Shown: piece by piece, positions 1 to 10,640 of the stretch | Numbering within the stretch: position 1 is the stretch's first letter | Layout: every line of letters begins with the position of its first letter | Sequence record: PQ349265.1 | Strand: one strand, 5' to 3' | Source of the DNA: Escherichia phage CJY920 | Length of the DNA: 64,000 bases | Translations under genes and position numbers: made by a program | The notes under the pieces: model-generated | What the model saw: the letters and a program-made list of their open reading frames with translations, nothing else | The model's database searches: none | What the model was told of the DNA's origin: nothing

Positions 1-695
1 AAATAGTTAAAATATTGATAGATATTAATAATAGCCATTAAATCTTCTGTGGAACGTGGAGTCAAATCCCATGTAAACACTTTAGTTCTATTCTCAGCAC
101 CACCATACATACTTCTGGCTGTCGTATAAATCTGTTCATTATTATCAGCCATTATACCTTGTGTTATACTTTCCAGTGCCCCAAATACTGCAGTTGAAGC
201 AATATTACTTAGCACACCAGTAGCAGTACCTCCGCCTCTGCTGATAAGACTTTCTTGAACATCATTAAATCTATGTGATGATGTATCAACATCGGATTTA
301 GATCTTGGTAAAAGAATATTTGCAACAGGTGCTTTACTTATTGTTCCTGAATTATTATCTGATATTAATCCATTTGACAGTTTTGATACTGTATTACTGA
401 TAGTGTTTCTGGCTGTACGTAAAATACTCGAAGATGAAGAAGAGTAGTTAGATCTCATCAATCTAAGACTTCCAGAATCCCTAGATGACATATTGTATGC
501 AGTAAATAATAATCCATTCTTATATAGATCTGTTACCTGGAAGTCCCCTGTAGTGTCATTACCACTAGCACGCCCAGTTGGAAACTGGGCAGTGTATGTT
601 TTAGTTGCTACTTCTGATTTAGTACTCTGTCCGGCTGAAATTTTCTCACCTGACTTTTTAATTAAATCAGCAGTTATTTCTTTAACAATTGCCAT
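1..695 (-). CDS. 48: baseplate tail-tube cap protein gp48, N-terminal part (ORF runs off the window start)
   Basis: Minus-strand ATG at 695, open to position 1; begins MAIVKEITADLIKKSGEKISAGQ; lies immediately downstream of gene 29 as in T4. Confidence 0.75.
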   Translation of the reverse strand, partial: MAIVKEITADLIKKSGEKISAGQSTKSEVATKTYTAQFPTGRASGNDTTGDFQVTDLYKNGLLFTAYNMSSRDSGSLRLMRSNYSSSSSSILRTARNTISNTVSKLSNGLISDNNSGTISKAPVANILLPRSKSDVDTSSHRFNDVQESLISRGGGTATGVLSNIASTAVFGALESITQGIMADNNEQIYTTARSMYGGAENRTKVFTWDLTPRSTEDLMAIINIYQYFNY

Positions 696-703
696 ATTAT
701 TCC

Positions 704-2476
704 TTAATTAACTCCAGTCGCATCAAATACACCAGGAGCAGTCGTGCTCGTAACAGGTGTCATATTATGAACGACAGTATTTTTCTTAATAACATTATTA
801 GTATTATTGATCGAAGGAGATACTTGTTGAACAGGAGCTTGCTGTGCTTTGTTCTTTTCTATTACCTGGACTTGTTTTGCTTCTGGCGATTTAGCAGAAG
901 TTTCAGGCTTGGCGTTAGGCTGATTTTTCTTGAGCTCTTGATAAGTAGCATCAATTTTAGAAAATCTAGCAGCAAGTTCCTTTTTAACTGCCGGTGAATT
1001 ATTTAAATCTGGGTCATCCATCCGTTTTTTAAGGTCTTCATAGGCAGCTTCAACTGATTTAACTGTTGAGTCTTTACTCATATCAGCCGAATCAGCATAT
1101 TTTTCAAAGCGAATCATCGCGGCGCGCGCTTCATTAGCCTTCATTAAAGCATTTTTTCTTTCTTCAGGTGAAAGTTGCTTTAATTTTTCTTCTTCTGCTG
1201 CACGTTCTTCGTCGGTAGTTAGTGCTTCTTTATTATCAACGCCACGAATCCAGTTAGATGCACGAGTTTTCCAGTTCGCAATTTTGTCTAGTCCTTCTGC
1301 TATTGGACCAAGGTCTCCATTCATTCGTTTATCTTGATAATTTGCAACTTTTTCCTGGTCTTCTTTATTGAGAGATGCTCCAGTAGAATTTTGGAAATTT
1401 TCTAGCGCTCTTCCTTCTACTTCATCAGCGGTATCCTTCATGCCAGGAATGACTCGAAGAATTGCAGCAGATAATTTAGCCATTCCAAGCTGAATAAGTT
1501 CTCCTAAATTATAAAGAACCTTTCCAAGCCCTTCTACAATAGCTACCGTCAAACCGCCCCAATCTCCCTCTTCCCAGAATTTTTTAATTTCATCAATAGA
1601 ACTAAAGATGCTCTGTAATAAAGGACCCCATGTTCCTGTTTCACTAGAGAATTTAGTAAAGTCTGTACTAAATAAATCCCATGCCTGCGAAAATTTATCT
1701 GACCAATATTTAAAGTGAACCATCAGCAGATCTATTCCAACAACAACAGCCAATATCATTGCAGTCATTTTAGCAGCTTCAATAGCAGCACTGACGGTGT
1801 ACTTAAATAGCATGCTTGATATTTTATCAGTAATTGAAATGGATTTTTTAAATCCAAAATCAACTGTCTTTGTTAATTTATCTAAAGCTTGAGATAATTT
1901 TAAGTTAAATGCGTCTTTTTTCTGTTTTTCTTCTGGCGATTCTTGTTTAGGTTCAACTGGCTGAGGGGTAGGGAAAAAATCAGCATCAGGATCATTATTA
2001 ACTGCTTCAGGAGCCGGTAATAAAGGACCCACAGATTCAGCTGTATCGTCCTCAACAACTTTAACAGGAATAGCGCTTTCAACCGTGGCTAAACTAGTTC
2101 CTGTTTGTTGAATTCCGGCTGTCTGGATTTTTTGCTCGAGTAAACTGGTTAATTTATCTAATTTGCTCCCGAGTGATTCACCGATTTCTTTATTAATATT
2201 GTTGCCAATTTCAACAGTTTCAGCAATTAACTCAGAACCAGCAGTAGTATCACTCACTGCACTTTCTACATTGTCAATTGCTCCAATTATTTCATTCGAT
2301 TTTTCTTCGACAGTTTGAGCAATTAATTCAGAAGCAGCTTGAGCATCATCCAATTTCGTAGATATATCGTTAAGTCCAGATAAAGTGTTAGAAGCGGATT
2401 TAGCCGCTTCCTGTGTTGGTTTATTATCTGAAATAACTTTTCTACGCATCGTTTGCATTTCTTGTGGCTTTTTCAT
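704..2476 (-). CDS. 29: tail length tape-measure / baseplate hub protein gp29
   Basis: 590-aa ORF with ATG start; length and position match T4 gp29; coiled-coil-rich sequence. Confidence 0.9.
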   Translation of the reverse strand: MKKPQEMQTMRRKVISDNKPTQEAAKSASNTLSGLNDISTKLDDAQAASELIAQTVEEKSNEIIGAIDNVESAVSDTTAGSELIAETVEIGNNINKEIGESLGSKLDKLTSLLEQKIQTAGIQQTGTSLATVESAIPVKVVEDDTAESVGPLLPAPEAVNNDPDADFFPTPQPVEPKQESPEEKQKKDAFNLKLSQALDKLTKTVDFGFKKSISITDKISSMLFKYTVSAAIEAAKMTAMILAVVVGIDLLMVHFKYWSDKFSQAWDLFSTDFTKFSSETGTWGPLLQSIFSSIDEIKKFWEEGDWGGLTVAIVEGLGKVLYNLGELIQLGMAKLSAAILRVIPGMKDTADEVEGRALENFQNSTGASLNKEDQEKVANYQDKRMNGDLGPIAEGLDKIANWKTRASNWIRGVDNKEALTTDEERAAEEEKLKQLSPEERKNALMKANEARAAMIRFEKYADSADMSKDSTVKSVEAAYEDLKKRMDDPDLNNSPAVKKELAARFSKIDATYQELKKNQPNAKPETSAKSPEAKQVQVIEKNKAQQAPVQQVSPSINNTNNVIKKNTVVHNMTPVTSTTAPGVFDATGVN

Positions 2477-3006
2477 TCAAATAATCCAATAATATTGCCA
2501 ATTCCGGTTATTGGACCATTAGGGCCAGGAATTGCTAAAGTTGTAAAAATATCATTTGCCCATTTTAAAACGAATGCTGGCATCTCAAGAAAATTAATTT
2601 CTTTAACTTCATCATTGACCTTAAGCAAGCATTTGGATAACATATCGCTCACAGTTAAAAATTGTTCAAATTTTCCAGGCGGTCTAAAATAAAATGTATT
2701 TCCTTGGTATTGAAATTCTAATCTTTGGCATACATAAACATCATTAATGTCATAAGTATAACCATCTATTTCTTTACGAGATTTAATCTTTCCATTAAAT
2801 TCCAATAAATGAATTGAAACGAAATCAACTTCTGCTGGTGATAAATTCGGACAAATAGAATCAATAAGAAGTTTTAAATTTTCATCAGGACCTTTAACAT
2901 CTTTTAAAATGTTATAATGTTTAAGACCCATTTTAGGAATAGAAACTTCTTTATTGCTTATTGGAAGAACTACTTTCTTCAGTGGTAGTATCAGATTTAA
3001 ATTCAT
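2473..3006 (-). CDS. 28: baseplate distal hub subunit gp28
   Basis: 177-aa ORF; T4 length and synteny (29-28-27-51). Confidence 0.85.
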   Translation of the reverse strand: MNLNLILPLKKVVLPISNKEVSIPKMGLKHYNILKDVKGPDENLKLLIDSICPNLSPAEVDFVSIHLLEFNGKIKSRKEIDGYTYDINDVYVCQRLEFQYQGNTFYFRPPGKFEQFLTVSDMLSKCLLKVNDEVKEINFLEMPAFVLKWANDIFTTLAIPGPNGPITGIGNIIGLFE

Positions 3007-4126
3007 TTTTAACCTTAACTGGGTCTATTGTTTCCAGTTTCGTTGCATTAGTGAACATATATAGATGAGTTACCGAATTATTATTGGATAATTCATGGAT
3101 GACTTCATCAACGTAAAATTCTGTTTTAAATTGGTTTTTACTATCATTAAAAATAATTTTAACGCCAGGAGTCAAGTTAAAATTACCGACAGTAGAACAT
3201 TTAGCATAACCATCGTATTGTGCCATAGTTTGAAGACGAATAGCTTCTTCATATCCATTCCTATAAGTCATTTCAGAATAAGCACCTGACCTTGATACTA
3301 CAATAGAGTTTTCTCCCTTTCCTGTAGTAATCATTGGCAATGAAGAATCTAAAAATGAATGCGCATAGATAGTAGCGTTTTTCATTGGGTCGCGTTTGTG
3401 AGGATTTGATTTAGTCAACCAAACGAAATCATATGCTAATGGATATTTTAATTCTTGGATGAATTGACCTATTAAAGATGGCTCACCGACAATCATTGGA
3501 TATGGTTCTTGATTTATCATCATATCATAGTCCATCATGTTAACTCCCATGATGTCTTGCCATACAAATACAAATTTGTCACTTCCTACAGCTAGAGCAA
3601 CTTCTCTGACATACGACAAATAGTTTTCAAATGTGCTAGTCCATGGAATATCAGGAACATAAGCATTTATAGCATTTATTGCTGGAGTTAATAACGTGCG
3701 ATCCTGATAAATGACACCAAGCATTTCCTTTATAGATTCACCTGCATCAGAGAAAAACGGTCTGCCAAATTTAAGATTTTCTATAGAATGAATAGTTCCC
3801 AATTCAATAGCAATGATGTTATCACCCTTTGAATCTACAGATACAGAAAAATGCTTACATCCATAAATTCGTGTTTTAACATTATTAATATCGTTTGCAT
3901 TAGCTACAGAAATCTGAATTATTTCATTTCCATCCATTTTTGTATGGATATTTTTAGAATCATAAAACTGCAGCATTCCTTCATTTCGGCCATAAAGAGA
4001 ATCCCGCATAGTTAATGTGGTAATAGTAGCAGCTAATTCAACAAATCTATTATTACTCCAAGAGTCGTAGCTATCAAATAATTTAACGCTGAGATTTGGA
4101 TATCCTGGGCGTTGCAACATACTCAT
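2951..4126 (-). CDS. 27: baseplate hub subunit gp27
   Basis: 391-aa ORF; T4 length and synteny. Confidence 0.9.
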   Translation of the reverse strand: MSMLQRPGYPNLSVKLFDSYDSWSNNRFVELAATITTLTMRDSLYGRNEGMLQFYDSKNIHTKMDGNEIIQISVANANDINNVKTRIYGCKHFSVSVDSKGDNIIAIELGTIHSIENLKFGRPFFSDAGESIKEMLGVIYQDRTLLTPAINAINAYVPDIPWTSTFENYLSYVREVALAVGSDKFVFVWQDIMGVNMMDYDMMINQEPYPMIVGEPSLIGQFIQELKYPLAYDFVWLTKSNPHKRDPMKNATIYAHSFLDSSLPMITTGKGENSIVVSRSGAYSEMTYRNGYEEAIRLQTMAQYDGYAKCSTVGNFNLTPGVKIIFNDSKNQFKTEFYVDEVIHELSNNNSVTHLYMFTNATKLETIDPVKVKNEFKSDTTTEESSSSNKQ

Positions 4127-4875
4127 TATTGTTTATCCTTCTCAATCAGTTTTAATACGAATCCGCGCTCGGCAGGAATCATTTTCATTATTGAATTTAA
4201 GCTATAATTACTTTTTACGAGTGTGTGATTAATTTGATAAAAAGTAAATATCTCATCTGGGTTAACTAATAGCTTAAACACATCTACTATATCAGTGTAT
4301 TTTTTTACATACTTATCACAGCAGGACATATGTAGAGTTAAATTAATAGGATTCATTGCATCGAGAATTTTTTCTAATGTTTCTATCTCGATGGCGTCAA
4401 CGAGTTCTATTTGACTTGATTCGCTAATTTCCTTCCAATCATACCAAGTTTCATCTACTTGAACAGAATGAATATTTTCAGTAATCATCTTTGCTTTATT
4501 TTCATAAAACTCAGAAGGAAACTTTAATTTAATTTTAACATTAGCTACATCAAAAACAGGTTCCTTTAATTCTTTTTGATATATTTCAAATGGAACTGTC
4601 TTTTCTTTTTTACATTTTGGACATACAAATGTGACCGGTACTTTAGTTTTACCTATTGACCCTACAAATACCTGCAAAAATATAAATGGTTGCCAAGTCT
4701 TCGGATAATCTCCAAAATAATCGGCAATTAAATCAGCAATTATTTCTTTTTGTTCTTGTGGTGACCGATGTTCTATATCGTTTCGAACTAACAAAAAATC
4801 TCGATAATCTTCTACCGTAAATGGTTTAAAACGATGAACACCATCTGGTAATTTACAACGAATAATGTTTGCCAT
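4126..4875 (-). CDS. 51: baseplate hub assembly catalyst gp51
   Basis: 249-aa ORF with ATG start; T4 length and synteny. Confidence 0.8.
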   Translation of the reverse strand: MANIIRCKLPDGVHRFKPFTVEDYRDFLLVRNDIEHRSPQEQKEIIADLIADYFGDYPKTWQPFIFLQVFVGSIGKTKVPVTFVCPKCKKEKTVPFEIYQKELKEPVFDVANVKIKLKFPSEFYENKAKMITENIHSVQVDETWYDWKEISESSQIELVDAIEIETLEKILDAMNPINLTLHMSCCDKYVKKYTDIVDVFKLLVNPDEIFTFYQINHTLVKSNYSLNSIMKMIPAERGFVLKLIEKDKQ

Positions 4876-4893
4876 AGATGCTCCTTTTATTCT

Positions 4894-4904
4894 ATTTATA
4901 AATA
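4894..4904. promoter_or_regulatory. divergent late promoters: TATTTATAAATA carries TATAAATA on both strands (genes 51 and 26)
   Basis: tatttata at 4894-4901 (minus-strand TATAAATA, about 20 nt upstream of gene 51 ATG) and tataaata at 4897-4904 (plus, about 22 nt upstream of gene 26 ATG). Confidence 0.5.
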
Positions 4905-4925
4905 TGATAAATAAAGGAGCTAAAT

Positions 4926-5552
4926 ATGTATGAATACAAATTTGATGTGAGAGTTGGTTCTAAAATAATCAACTGTCGCGCATTTACTCTTAAAGAATAT
5001 CTAGAACTTATTACTGCTAAAAAGAACGGTTCAGTAGAAGAGATCGTTAAAAAGCTAATTAAAGACTGTACAAATGCAAAAGATTTAAACCGCCAAGAAT
5101 CAGAACTACTGCTGATTCATTTATGGGCGCATTCTCTTGGAGAAGTTAATCACGAAAACTCCTGGAAGTGCACCTGTGGAACTGAAATATCAACCCATAT
5201 AAATCTATTACATACACAAATAGATGCACCAGAAGACCTCTGGTATACACTGGGTGACATTAAAATTAAGTTCCATTACCCTAAAATTTTTGATGATAAA
5301 AACATAGCCCACATGATAGTATCATGCATAGAAACGATTCATGCTAACGGGGAAAGCATTCCAGTTGAAGACTTAAATGAAAAGGAACTAGAAGATTTAT
5401 ATTCTATCATCACAGAGTCAGATATTGTAGCTATAAAAGATATGCTTTTAAAACCTACCGTTTATTTGGCTGTTCCAATTAAGTGTCCAGAGTGTGGAAA
5501 AACCCATGCTCACGTAATAAGAGGCCTCAAAGAGTTCTTTGAGTTACTATAA
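4926..5552 (+). CDS. 26: baseplate hub subunit gp26
   Basis: 208-aa ORF; RBS aaggag upstream of ATG; T4 length and synteny. Confidence 0.8.
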   Translation: MYEYKFDVRVGSKIINCRAFTLKEYLELITAKKNGSVEEIVKKLIKDCTNAKDLNRQESELLLIHLWAHSLGEVNHENSWKCTCGTEISTHINLLHTQIDAPEDLWYTLGDIKIKFHYPKIFDDKNIAHMIVSCIETIHANGESIPVEDLNEKELEDLYSIITESDIVAIKDMLLKPTVYLAVPIKCPECGKTHAHVIRGLKEFFELL

Positions 5553-5950
5553 TGGCAAATATTAATAAGCTTTATTCTGATATTGACCCGGAAATGAAAA
5601 TGGATTGGAACAAAGATGTTTCCAGATCACTTGGATTAAGGTCAATTAAAAACAGTCTTTTGGGAATTATTACAACAAGAAAAGGTTCAAGACCGTTTGA
5701 CCCTGAATTTGGATGTGATTTATCAGACCAGCTTTTTGAAAATATGACTCCTCTTACTGCTGACACAGTTGAGCGCAATATTGAAAGCGCAGTAAGAAAC
5801 TATGAGCCACGTATTGATAAATTATCAGTTAATGTGATACCAGTTTATGATGATTATACTCTGATAGTAGAAATACGCTTTTCGGTCATCGATAACCCTG
5901 ATGATATTGAGCAGATAAAACTGCAACTGGCTTCCAGTAATAGGGTATAA
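5552..5950 (+). CDS. 25: baseplate wedge subunit gp25 (gpW/lysozyme-like fold family)
   Basis: 132-aa ORF; ATGA-type overlap with gene 26 stop; T4 length and synteny. Confidence 0.85.
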   Translation: MANINKLYSDIDPEMKMDWNKDVSRSLGLRSIKNSLLGIITTRKGSRPFDPEFGCDLSDQLFENMTPLTADTVERNIESAVRNYEPRIDKLSVNVIPVYDDYTLIVEIRFSVIDNPDDIEQIKLQLASSNRV

Positions 5951-5976
5951 TGCTTCACGTTAAAACGTGGTATAAT
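5951..5976 (+). promoter_or_regulatory. MotA-dependent middle promoter candidate upstream of uvsY
   Basis: MotA-box-like taaTGCTTCA at 5948-5957, 13 nt spacer, TATAAT at 5971-5976; uvsY ATG at 6017. Confidence 0.45.
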
Positions 5977-6016
5977 GAATCTAAGTCCATCCAATAACAA
6001 TTGAATAGAGAACAAT

Positions 6017-6430
6017 ATGAGATTAGAAGATCTTCAAGAAGAATTGAAGAAAGATGTGTTTATAGATTCGACTAAATTACAGTATGAAGCAGCTAATAAT
6101 GTGATGTTATATAGTAAATGGCTTAATAAGCATTCAAGTATTAAAAAGGAAATGCTTAGAATTGACGCACAGAAAAAAGTTGCTCTTAAAGCTAGATTAG
6201 ACTACTACTCGGGACGAGGAGATGGTGATGAATTTAGTATGGACCGTTACGAGAAATCAGAAATGAAGACAGTTCTATCAGCTGATAAGGATGTTTTAAA
6301 GGTTGATACCTCGTTACAGTATTGGGGAATTTTATTAGATTTCTGTAGCGGAGCTCTTGATGCTATTAAATCACGCGGATTTGCTATTAAGCATATTCAA
6401 GACATGCGAGCATTTGAGGCTGGAAAATAA
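6017..6430 (+). CDS. uvsY: recombination mediator protein UvsY
   Basis: 137-aa ORF; sequence matches the UvsY I recall; T4 length. Confidence 0.85.
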   Translation: MRLEDLQEELKKDVFIDSTKLQYEAANNVMLYSKWLNKHSSIKKEMLRIDAQKKVALKARLDYYSGRGDGDEFSMDRYEKSEMKTVLSADKDVLKVDTSLQYWGILLDFCSGALDAIKSRGFAIKHIQDMRAFEAGK

Positions 6431-6654
6431 TGAGATATAGCATTGATGATGCTTTTAATTATGAAGAAGAATTCGAAACGGAAATTCAATTCTTAATGAA
6501 AAAGTATAATCTCAAGCGTCAGGATATTCGTATCCTGGCCGACCATCCATGCGGTGAAGATGTACTTTATATTAAAGGAAAATTTGCCGGATATCTTGAT
6601 GAATATTTTTATTCTAAAGATATGGGCATTGATATGCATATGAGAGTTGTATAA
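6430..6654 (+). CDS. hypothetical protein (uvsY.-1 position)
   Basis: 74-aa ORF, ATGA overlap with uvsY stop. Confidence 0.6.
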   Translation: MRYSIDDAFNYEEEFETEIQFLMKKYNLKRQDIRILADHPCGEDVLYIKGKFAGYLDEYFYSKDMGIDMHMRVV

Positions 6655-6657
6655 ATA
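6650..6657 (+). promoter_or_regulatory. late promoter TATAAATA
   Basis: Exact tataaata about 34 nt upstream of the 6691 ATG. Confidence 0.45.
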
Positions 6658-6690
6658 GATATAGATATATATAATTCAGAGGAGACAATC

Positions 6691-6858
6691 ATGTCAGATA
6701 AGATTTGTGTTGTCTGTAAAACTCCAATCGATTCTGCATTGGTTGTTGAAACAGACAAAGGTCCTGTACATCCTGGGCCTTGTTATAATTACATTAAAGA
6801 ACTACCAGTTTCAGAAAGTTCGGAAGAACAATTAAATGAAACACAACTTTTGCTATAG
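6691..6858 (+). CDS. small CxxC protein (uvsY.-2 position)
   Basis: 55-aa ORF not in the track; GAGGAG RBS 7 nt upstream of ATG 6691; MSDKICVVCKTPID; preceded by a late-promoter motif. Confidence 0.5.
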   Translation: MSDKICVVCKTPIDSALVVETDKGPVHPGPCYNYIKELPVSESSEEQLNETQLLL

Positions 6859-6879
6859 TGTGACCTTTAGTCTATAGTT

Positions 6880-6912
6880 TTGGCCCTTCCTTTTTGGTTG
6901 GGCCTTTTTTAA
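6880..6912. terminator. GC hairpin plus T-run between convergent uvsY.-2 and uvsW.1
   Basis: ggccc(6882-6886)...gggcc(6900-6904) followed by tttttt. Confidence 0.4.
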
Positions 6913-6913
6913 T

Positions 6914-7144
6914 TTAAAAGCTTTCTTCTACTTCATCGTCTGAATCTTCTAATTCAGCTCTTTTTCCTGCCAAAGCATCTCTCACAGAGATGTCATCAGT
7001 ATCTTTTAATTCAGTTTCTTTAACTCTTTTCTTATAATAAGCTTCAAGTTCTTCTAAACCTTCTAATGTTTGACAAGAGGCAATTTTACCCATAAATTCA
7101 TCAATAGAAGCTTCATAAAGAAATTGTTTAAATCCTAGTAACAT
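6914..7144 (-). CDS. uvsW.1: UvsW.1 small protein
   Basis: Track ORF starts with TTG at 7156; first ATG gives 76 aa (MLLGFKQ...); acidic C-terminus; T4 synteny. Confidence 0.6.
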   Translation of the reverse strand: MLLGFKQFLYEASIDEFMGKIASCQTLEGLEELEAYYKKRVKETELKDTDDISVRDALAGKRAELEDSDDEVEESF

Positions 7145-7169
7145 CTTTTTCTCCAAAGGGCCGAAGCCC

Positions 7170-8681
7170 TTATAAATTAACTGTTTTCATTACGTAATTA
7201 AATTTTTCATCTGCGTAGCGCTGAATACGATCAATGCCGTGTTTTAAAAGATAGTTCAAATGAACGTATTTCTTTTTCGTATTAGCAGATTTTGGTCTAA
7301 CGCCCGCGTCATCTATGAGGTCCCAGACCGTTGCGATTGTTTTAGAACCATGCTTACGTAATACACGACCGATTGTTTGTAATACAATGATTTTTGATTT
7401 AACGCCGTGCGCTAAAACAACATGATGCAGATTTTTAACTGAAATACCAGTAGAAAATACACCATAACTCGCTACTATAATTATTCCTTTACCGTTTTCA
7501 GCTAAGGTTTTCATTACGTTGCGGGTTTCGGTATCAACTTCCCCTGATACGTAATAAACTTTATCGTATTCATTTTTAATTAAATCGAAAATAGCTTTAC
7601 CGTGTGATACGTGTTTAAACATGACAAAAGCGTTTTCATCTTTTTGCGCAAGCTTAATAGCTAATTTAGCGATCCATTTATTTCTTTTACTGAGCCCAGT
7701 AATAATTTTTATTTCTTCTTGGTAAGTTTTTCCCTTTAATTTAGTAGTGAACTCATCGGGATAGCGAAGAAAAATACTATTAATTTTTAGCTCAGTTACT
7801 TGTCCATCTTCCATTAATTTAGAAGTCGTTACTGGCTTAAATATTTCACCAAACATTCCAACATACTGCATGATATTAGCTTTGCCATCACGTAATGAAC
7901 CAGACAAACCGAATTTGAACATGCAGTTATTTAAACCTGATATGATAGATGAAATACTTTTTCCTGTAGCAAGATGGCATTCATCATTCATCATCATTCC
8001 AAACTGTGAGAACCATTCTTTTGGTTGTTTTACTACAGTTTGCCATGTACCAACAACGACTGGCGCATCATTTTTATATTTATCATCTTTTGATGCTCCG
8101 CCACCGATTTTCTTTATCATTGCATGACTGAATAAACGATAGTCAACGAAGTCATCAGCCATCTGAGTTGTCAGAGCAGTTGTTGGAACAATGATAAGAA
8201 TTTTACCTTCATAATTTTCCAAATAATATCGCGCAAGCAAAGCTTGAATTAAAGATTTACCAGCAGATGTTGGAAGATTAAGAATTCTACGACGATTAAC
8301 TAATCCTTCGAACACTGCATCTTTTTGATACCAGTGTGGTTCAATTCTTTTATTTCCTGAATAGATTTCTAATTTAGAAAGCCATTCATCAAAATCTTTT
8401 CTTGATAATTCTTCTTTTTCATTAATTTGTGGGTCAATCCAGGCTTTATAACCAAAGTTATCACAGAACTTTTTAATTTGCCCGACTAAGCCGAATGGAA
8501 GAAGACGATTATAATCTAAAAGACGGATTCGTCCATCCCAGTTGCCATATCTGAAGCGAGGATTAAACCTATATCCATCAGCTTCAAAGCTAAAGAAATC
8601 ACGGAGTTCATGAAATGTACTTTCTTCACAATCAATTCTCACGTGACTAAAATCATAAAAATGTACTTTAATGTCAGTCAT
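7170..8681 (-). CDS. uvsW: UvsW RNA-DNA / DNA helicase (SF2)
   Basis: 503-aa ORF; Walker A PTSAGKS and DExH-like MNDECH motifs; T4 length and position. Confidence 0.9.
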   Translation of the reverse strand: MTDIKVHFYDFSHVRIDCEESTFHELRDFFSFEADGYRFNPRFRYGNWDGRIRLLDYNRLLPFGLVGQIKKFCDNFGYKAWIDPQINEKEELSRKDFDEWLSKLEIYSGNKRIEPHWYQKDAVFEGLVNRRRILNLPTSAGKSLIQALLARYYLENYEGKILIIVPTTALTTQMADDFVDYRLFSHAMIKKIGGGASKDDKYKNDAPVVVGTWQTVVKQPKEWFSQFGMMMNDECHLATGKSISSIISGLNNCMFKFGLSGSLRDGKANIMQYVGMFGEIFKPVTTSKLMEDGQVTELKINSIFLRYPDEFTTKLKGKTYQEEIKIITGLSKRNKWIAKLAIKLAQKDENAFVMFKHVSHGKAIFDLIKNEYDKVYYVSGEVDTETRNVMKTLAENGKGIIIVASYGVFSTGISVKNLHHVVLAHGVKSKIIVLQTIGRVLRKHGSKTIATVWDLIDDAGVRPKSANTKKKYVHLNYLLKHGIDRIQRYADEKFNYVMKTVNL

Positions 8682-8710
8682 GTCTAAATACCATGTAATA
8701 AATATATCTA

Positions 8711-8718
8711 TATTTATA
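8711..8718 (-). promoter_or_regulatory. late promoter TATAAATA (minus strand) upstream of uvsW
   Basis: tatttata on plus strand at 8711-8718, 30 nt upstream of the uvsW ATG (8681). Confidence 0.45.
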
Positions 8719-8731
8719 CTGAGGAAATATT

Positions 8732-9412
8732 ATGATAGATAAAGATTATATTGCAGAGCTGAAGGCTCTTGATGATAATAAAGAAGCTAAGGCTAAATTA
8801 GCTGAATATGCTGAACAGTTTGGTATAAAGGTCAAAAAGAATAAATCTTTTGATAATATCGTTAATGATATTGAAGAAGCCCTCCAGAAGCTCGCTAGTG
8901 AACCTATGCCAGAGACTGATGGGTTATCTATTAAAGACTTAATCAATGCTGCTGATGCCGCAGAGGGGTTAAAATATGACGATGAAGAAGTCAATCCAGA
9001 AGCAGCACTTCTGATTGATTCTCCGGTTAAATCTGATATTAAAATTGAAGTAGTAGAAACGGATAAAATTCCCGAAAATACAGATGTTTTGATTGAAGAT
9101 ACTCCTTTTGTTGAAGAAAAATTTGAACAGGCTGTAGCTGAGATTATTGAATCTGAAAAGCCGTCTGTATTTACTCTTCCGGAAAACTTTAGTCCGAATC
9201 TTCAGCTGATTGGAAAAAATCCAGGATTCTGCACTGTTCCTTGGTGGATTTATCAATGGATAGCTGAAACTCCGGATTGGAAATCTCACCCAACTAGTTT
9301 TGAACACGCGTCGGCACACCAAACTTTATTTAGCTTAATTTACTACATTAACCGTGACGGATCAGTTCTAATTCGTGAAACACGCAATTCTTCTTTCGTA
9401 ACATTAAAATAA
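8732..9412 (+). CDS. inh: Inh, inhibitor of prohead protease gp21
   Basis: 226-aa ORF; T4 length and position next to hoc. Confidence 0.7.
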   Translation: MIDKDYIAELKALDDNKEAKAKLAEYAEQFGIKVKKNKSFDNIVNDIEEALQKLASEPMPETDGLSIKDLINAADAAEGLKYDDEEVNPEAALLIDSPVKSDIKIEVVETDKIPENTDVLIEDTPFVEEKFEQAVAEIIESEKPSVFTLPENFSPNLQLIGKNPGFCTVPWWIYQWIAETPDWKSHPTSFEHASAHQTLFSLIYYINRDGSVLIRETRNSSFVTLK

Positions 9413-9421
9413 GGATAACTT

Positions 9422-10552
9422 ATGACTTTTACAGTTGATATAACTCCTAAAACACCTACTGGAGTTATAGATCAGACTCAGCAGTTTACTGCTACACCCA
9501 GTGGTCAAACTGGAGATGGACCTATTACATATGTTTGGACTGTAGACGGTGCTCAACAGGAAGAAACGTCAGCAACTTTTAATTATGTATTAAAAGGACC
9601 TGCCGGTCAAAAGACTATTAAAGTAGTTGCAACAAATCAAGTTGCCGATAGTAGTCCCGAAACAGCTGAAATTAGTACAACTATCACAGTTCAAAATAAG
9701 ACACAAACAACTACTTTAGCCGTAACTCCTGCTAGTCCTGCTGCTGGAGTAATTGGAACTCCTGTTGAATTTACCGCTGCCTTAGCTTCTCAACCATCAG
9801 GTGCATCTGCTACGTATCAGTGGCATGTAGATGGTTCTCCTGTGAGCGAAGCAACTAGTGCTACATTCAATTACACTCCTACTACAAGCGGAGTTAAAAA
9901 AATTAAGTGTGTAGCTCAAGTAACAGCGACAGATTATGATGCACTAAGCGTTACTTCTAATGAAGTATCACTGACTGTTAATAAGAAGACAATGAATCCA
10001 CAGGTTACATTGACTCCTCCTTCTATTAATGTTCAGCAAGATGCTTCGGCTACATTTACTGCTAACGTTACGGATGCTCCGGAAGAAGCGCAAATTACGT
10101 ATTCATGGAAGAAAGATTCTTCTCCTGTAGAAGGGTCAACTAATGTATACACCGTTGATACATCATCTGTTGGAAGTCAAACTATTGAAGTTACTGCAAC
10201 TGTTACTGCCACTGATTATGATAGCAAAACTATTACAGCAGAAGGCCAAGTTCAGGTAACTGATAAAGTTGCTCCGGAACCAGAAGGTGAATTACCTTAT
10301 GTTCATCCTCTTCCACATCATAGCTCAGCTTATATCTGGTGCGGTTGGTGGGTTATGGATGAAATCCAAAAAATGACTGAAGAAGGTAAAGATTGGAAAA
10401 CTGAAGATCCAGATAGTAAATACTACCTGCATCGTTACACTCTTCAGAAGATGATGAAAGACTATCCAGAAGTTGATGTTCAAGAATCACGTAATGGATA
10501 CATCATTCATAAAACTGCTTTAGAAACTGGTATCATCTATACCTATCCATAA
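9422..10552 (+). CDS. hoc: Hoc, highly immunogenic outer capsid protein (tandem Ig-like domains)
   Basis: 376-aa ORF; T/S/V-rich repeated beta-type modules; T4 length. Confidence 0.85.
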   Translation: MTFTVDITPKTPTGVIDQTQQFTATPSGQTGDGPITYVWTVDGAQQEETSATFNYVLKGPAGQKTIKVVATNQVADSSPETAEISTTITVQNKTQTTTLAVTPASPAAGVIGTPVEFTAALASQPSGASATYQWHVDGSPVSEATSATFNYTPTTSGVKKIKCVAQVTATDYDALSVTSNEVSLTVNKKTMNPQVTLTPPSINVQQDASATFTANVTDAPEEAQITYSWKKDSSPVEGSTNVYTVDTSSVGSQTIEVTATVTATDYDSKTITAEGQVQVTDKVAPEPEGELPYVHPLPHHSSAYIWCGWWVMDEIQKMTEEGKDWKTEDPDSKYYLHRYTLQKMMKDYPEVDVQESRNGYIIHKTALETGIIYTYP

Positions 10553-10555
10553 TCT

Positions 10556-10584
10556 CAGGGGCTTCGGCCCCTTTCTTCATTTTG
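10556..10584 (+). terminator. rho-independent terminator after hoc
   Basis: ggggcttcggcccc (10558-10571) followed by tttcttcatttt. Confidence 0.6.
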
Positions 10585-10640
10585 AAAGCACACAAAACAC
10601 AATCAGAAAACGATGTATATAATGGCACCAACTCGATAAC

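Noticed and set aside
493-997. Plus-strand ORFs of 72 and 102 codons at the window start
   Set aside because: Antisense to genes 48 and 29, which have strong T4 similarity on the minus strand.
7156-7170. Extended N-termini on several track ORFs (uvsW.1, gene 3, 11, 14, 20, 5.1 ORF and others)
   Set aside because: These extensions start at TTG or GTG codons without RBS; the first internal ATG restores the T4 protein length in each case, so the extensions were trimmed.
8746-9322. Minus-strand ORFs of 82 and 117 codons inside inh
   Set aside because: Antisense to a well-supported gene; AT-rich low-complexity translation (poly F/N/R) with no start context.
9422-10300. Internal repeats in hoc as possible tandem DNA repeats
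   Set aside because: They are divergent protein-level Ig-like domain repeats, expected for Hoc, with no exact DNA repetition.
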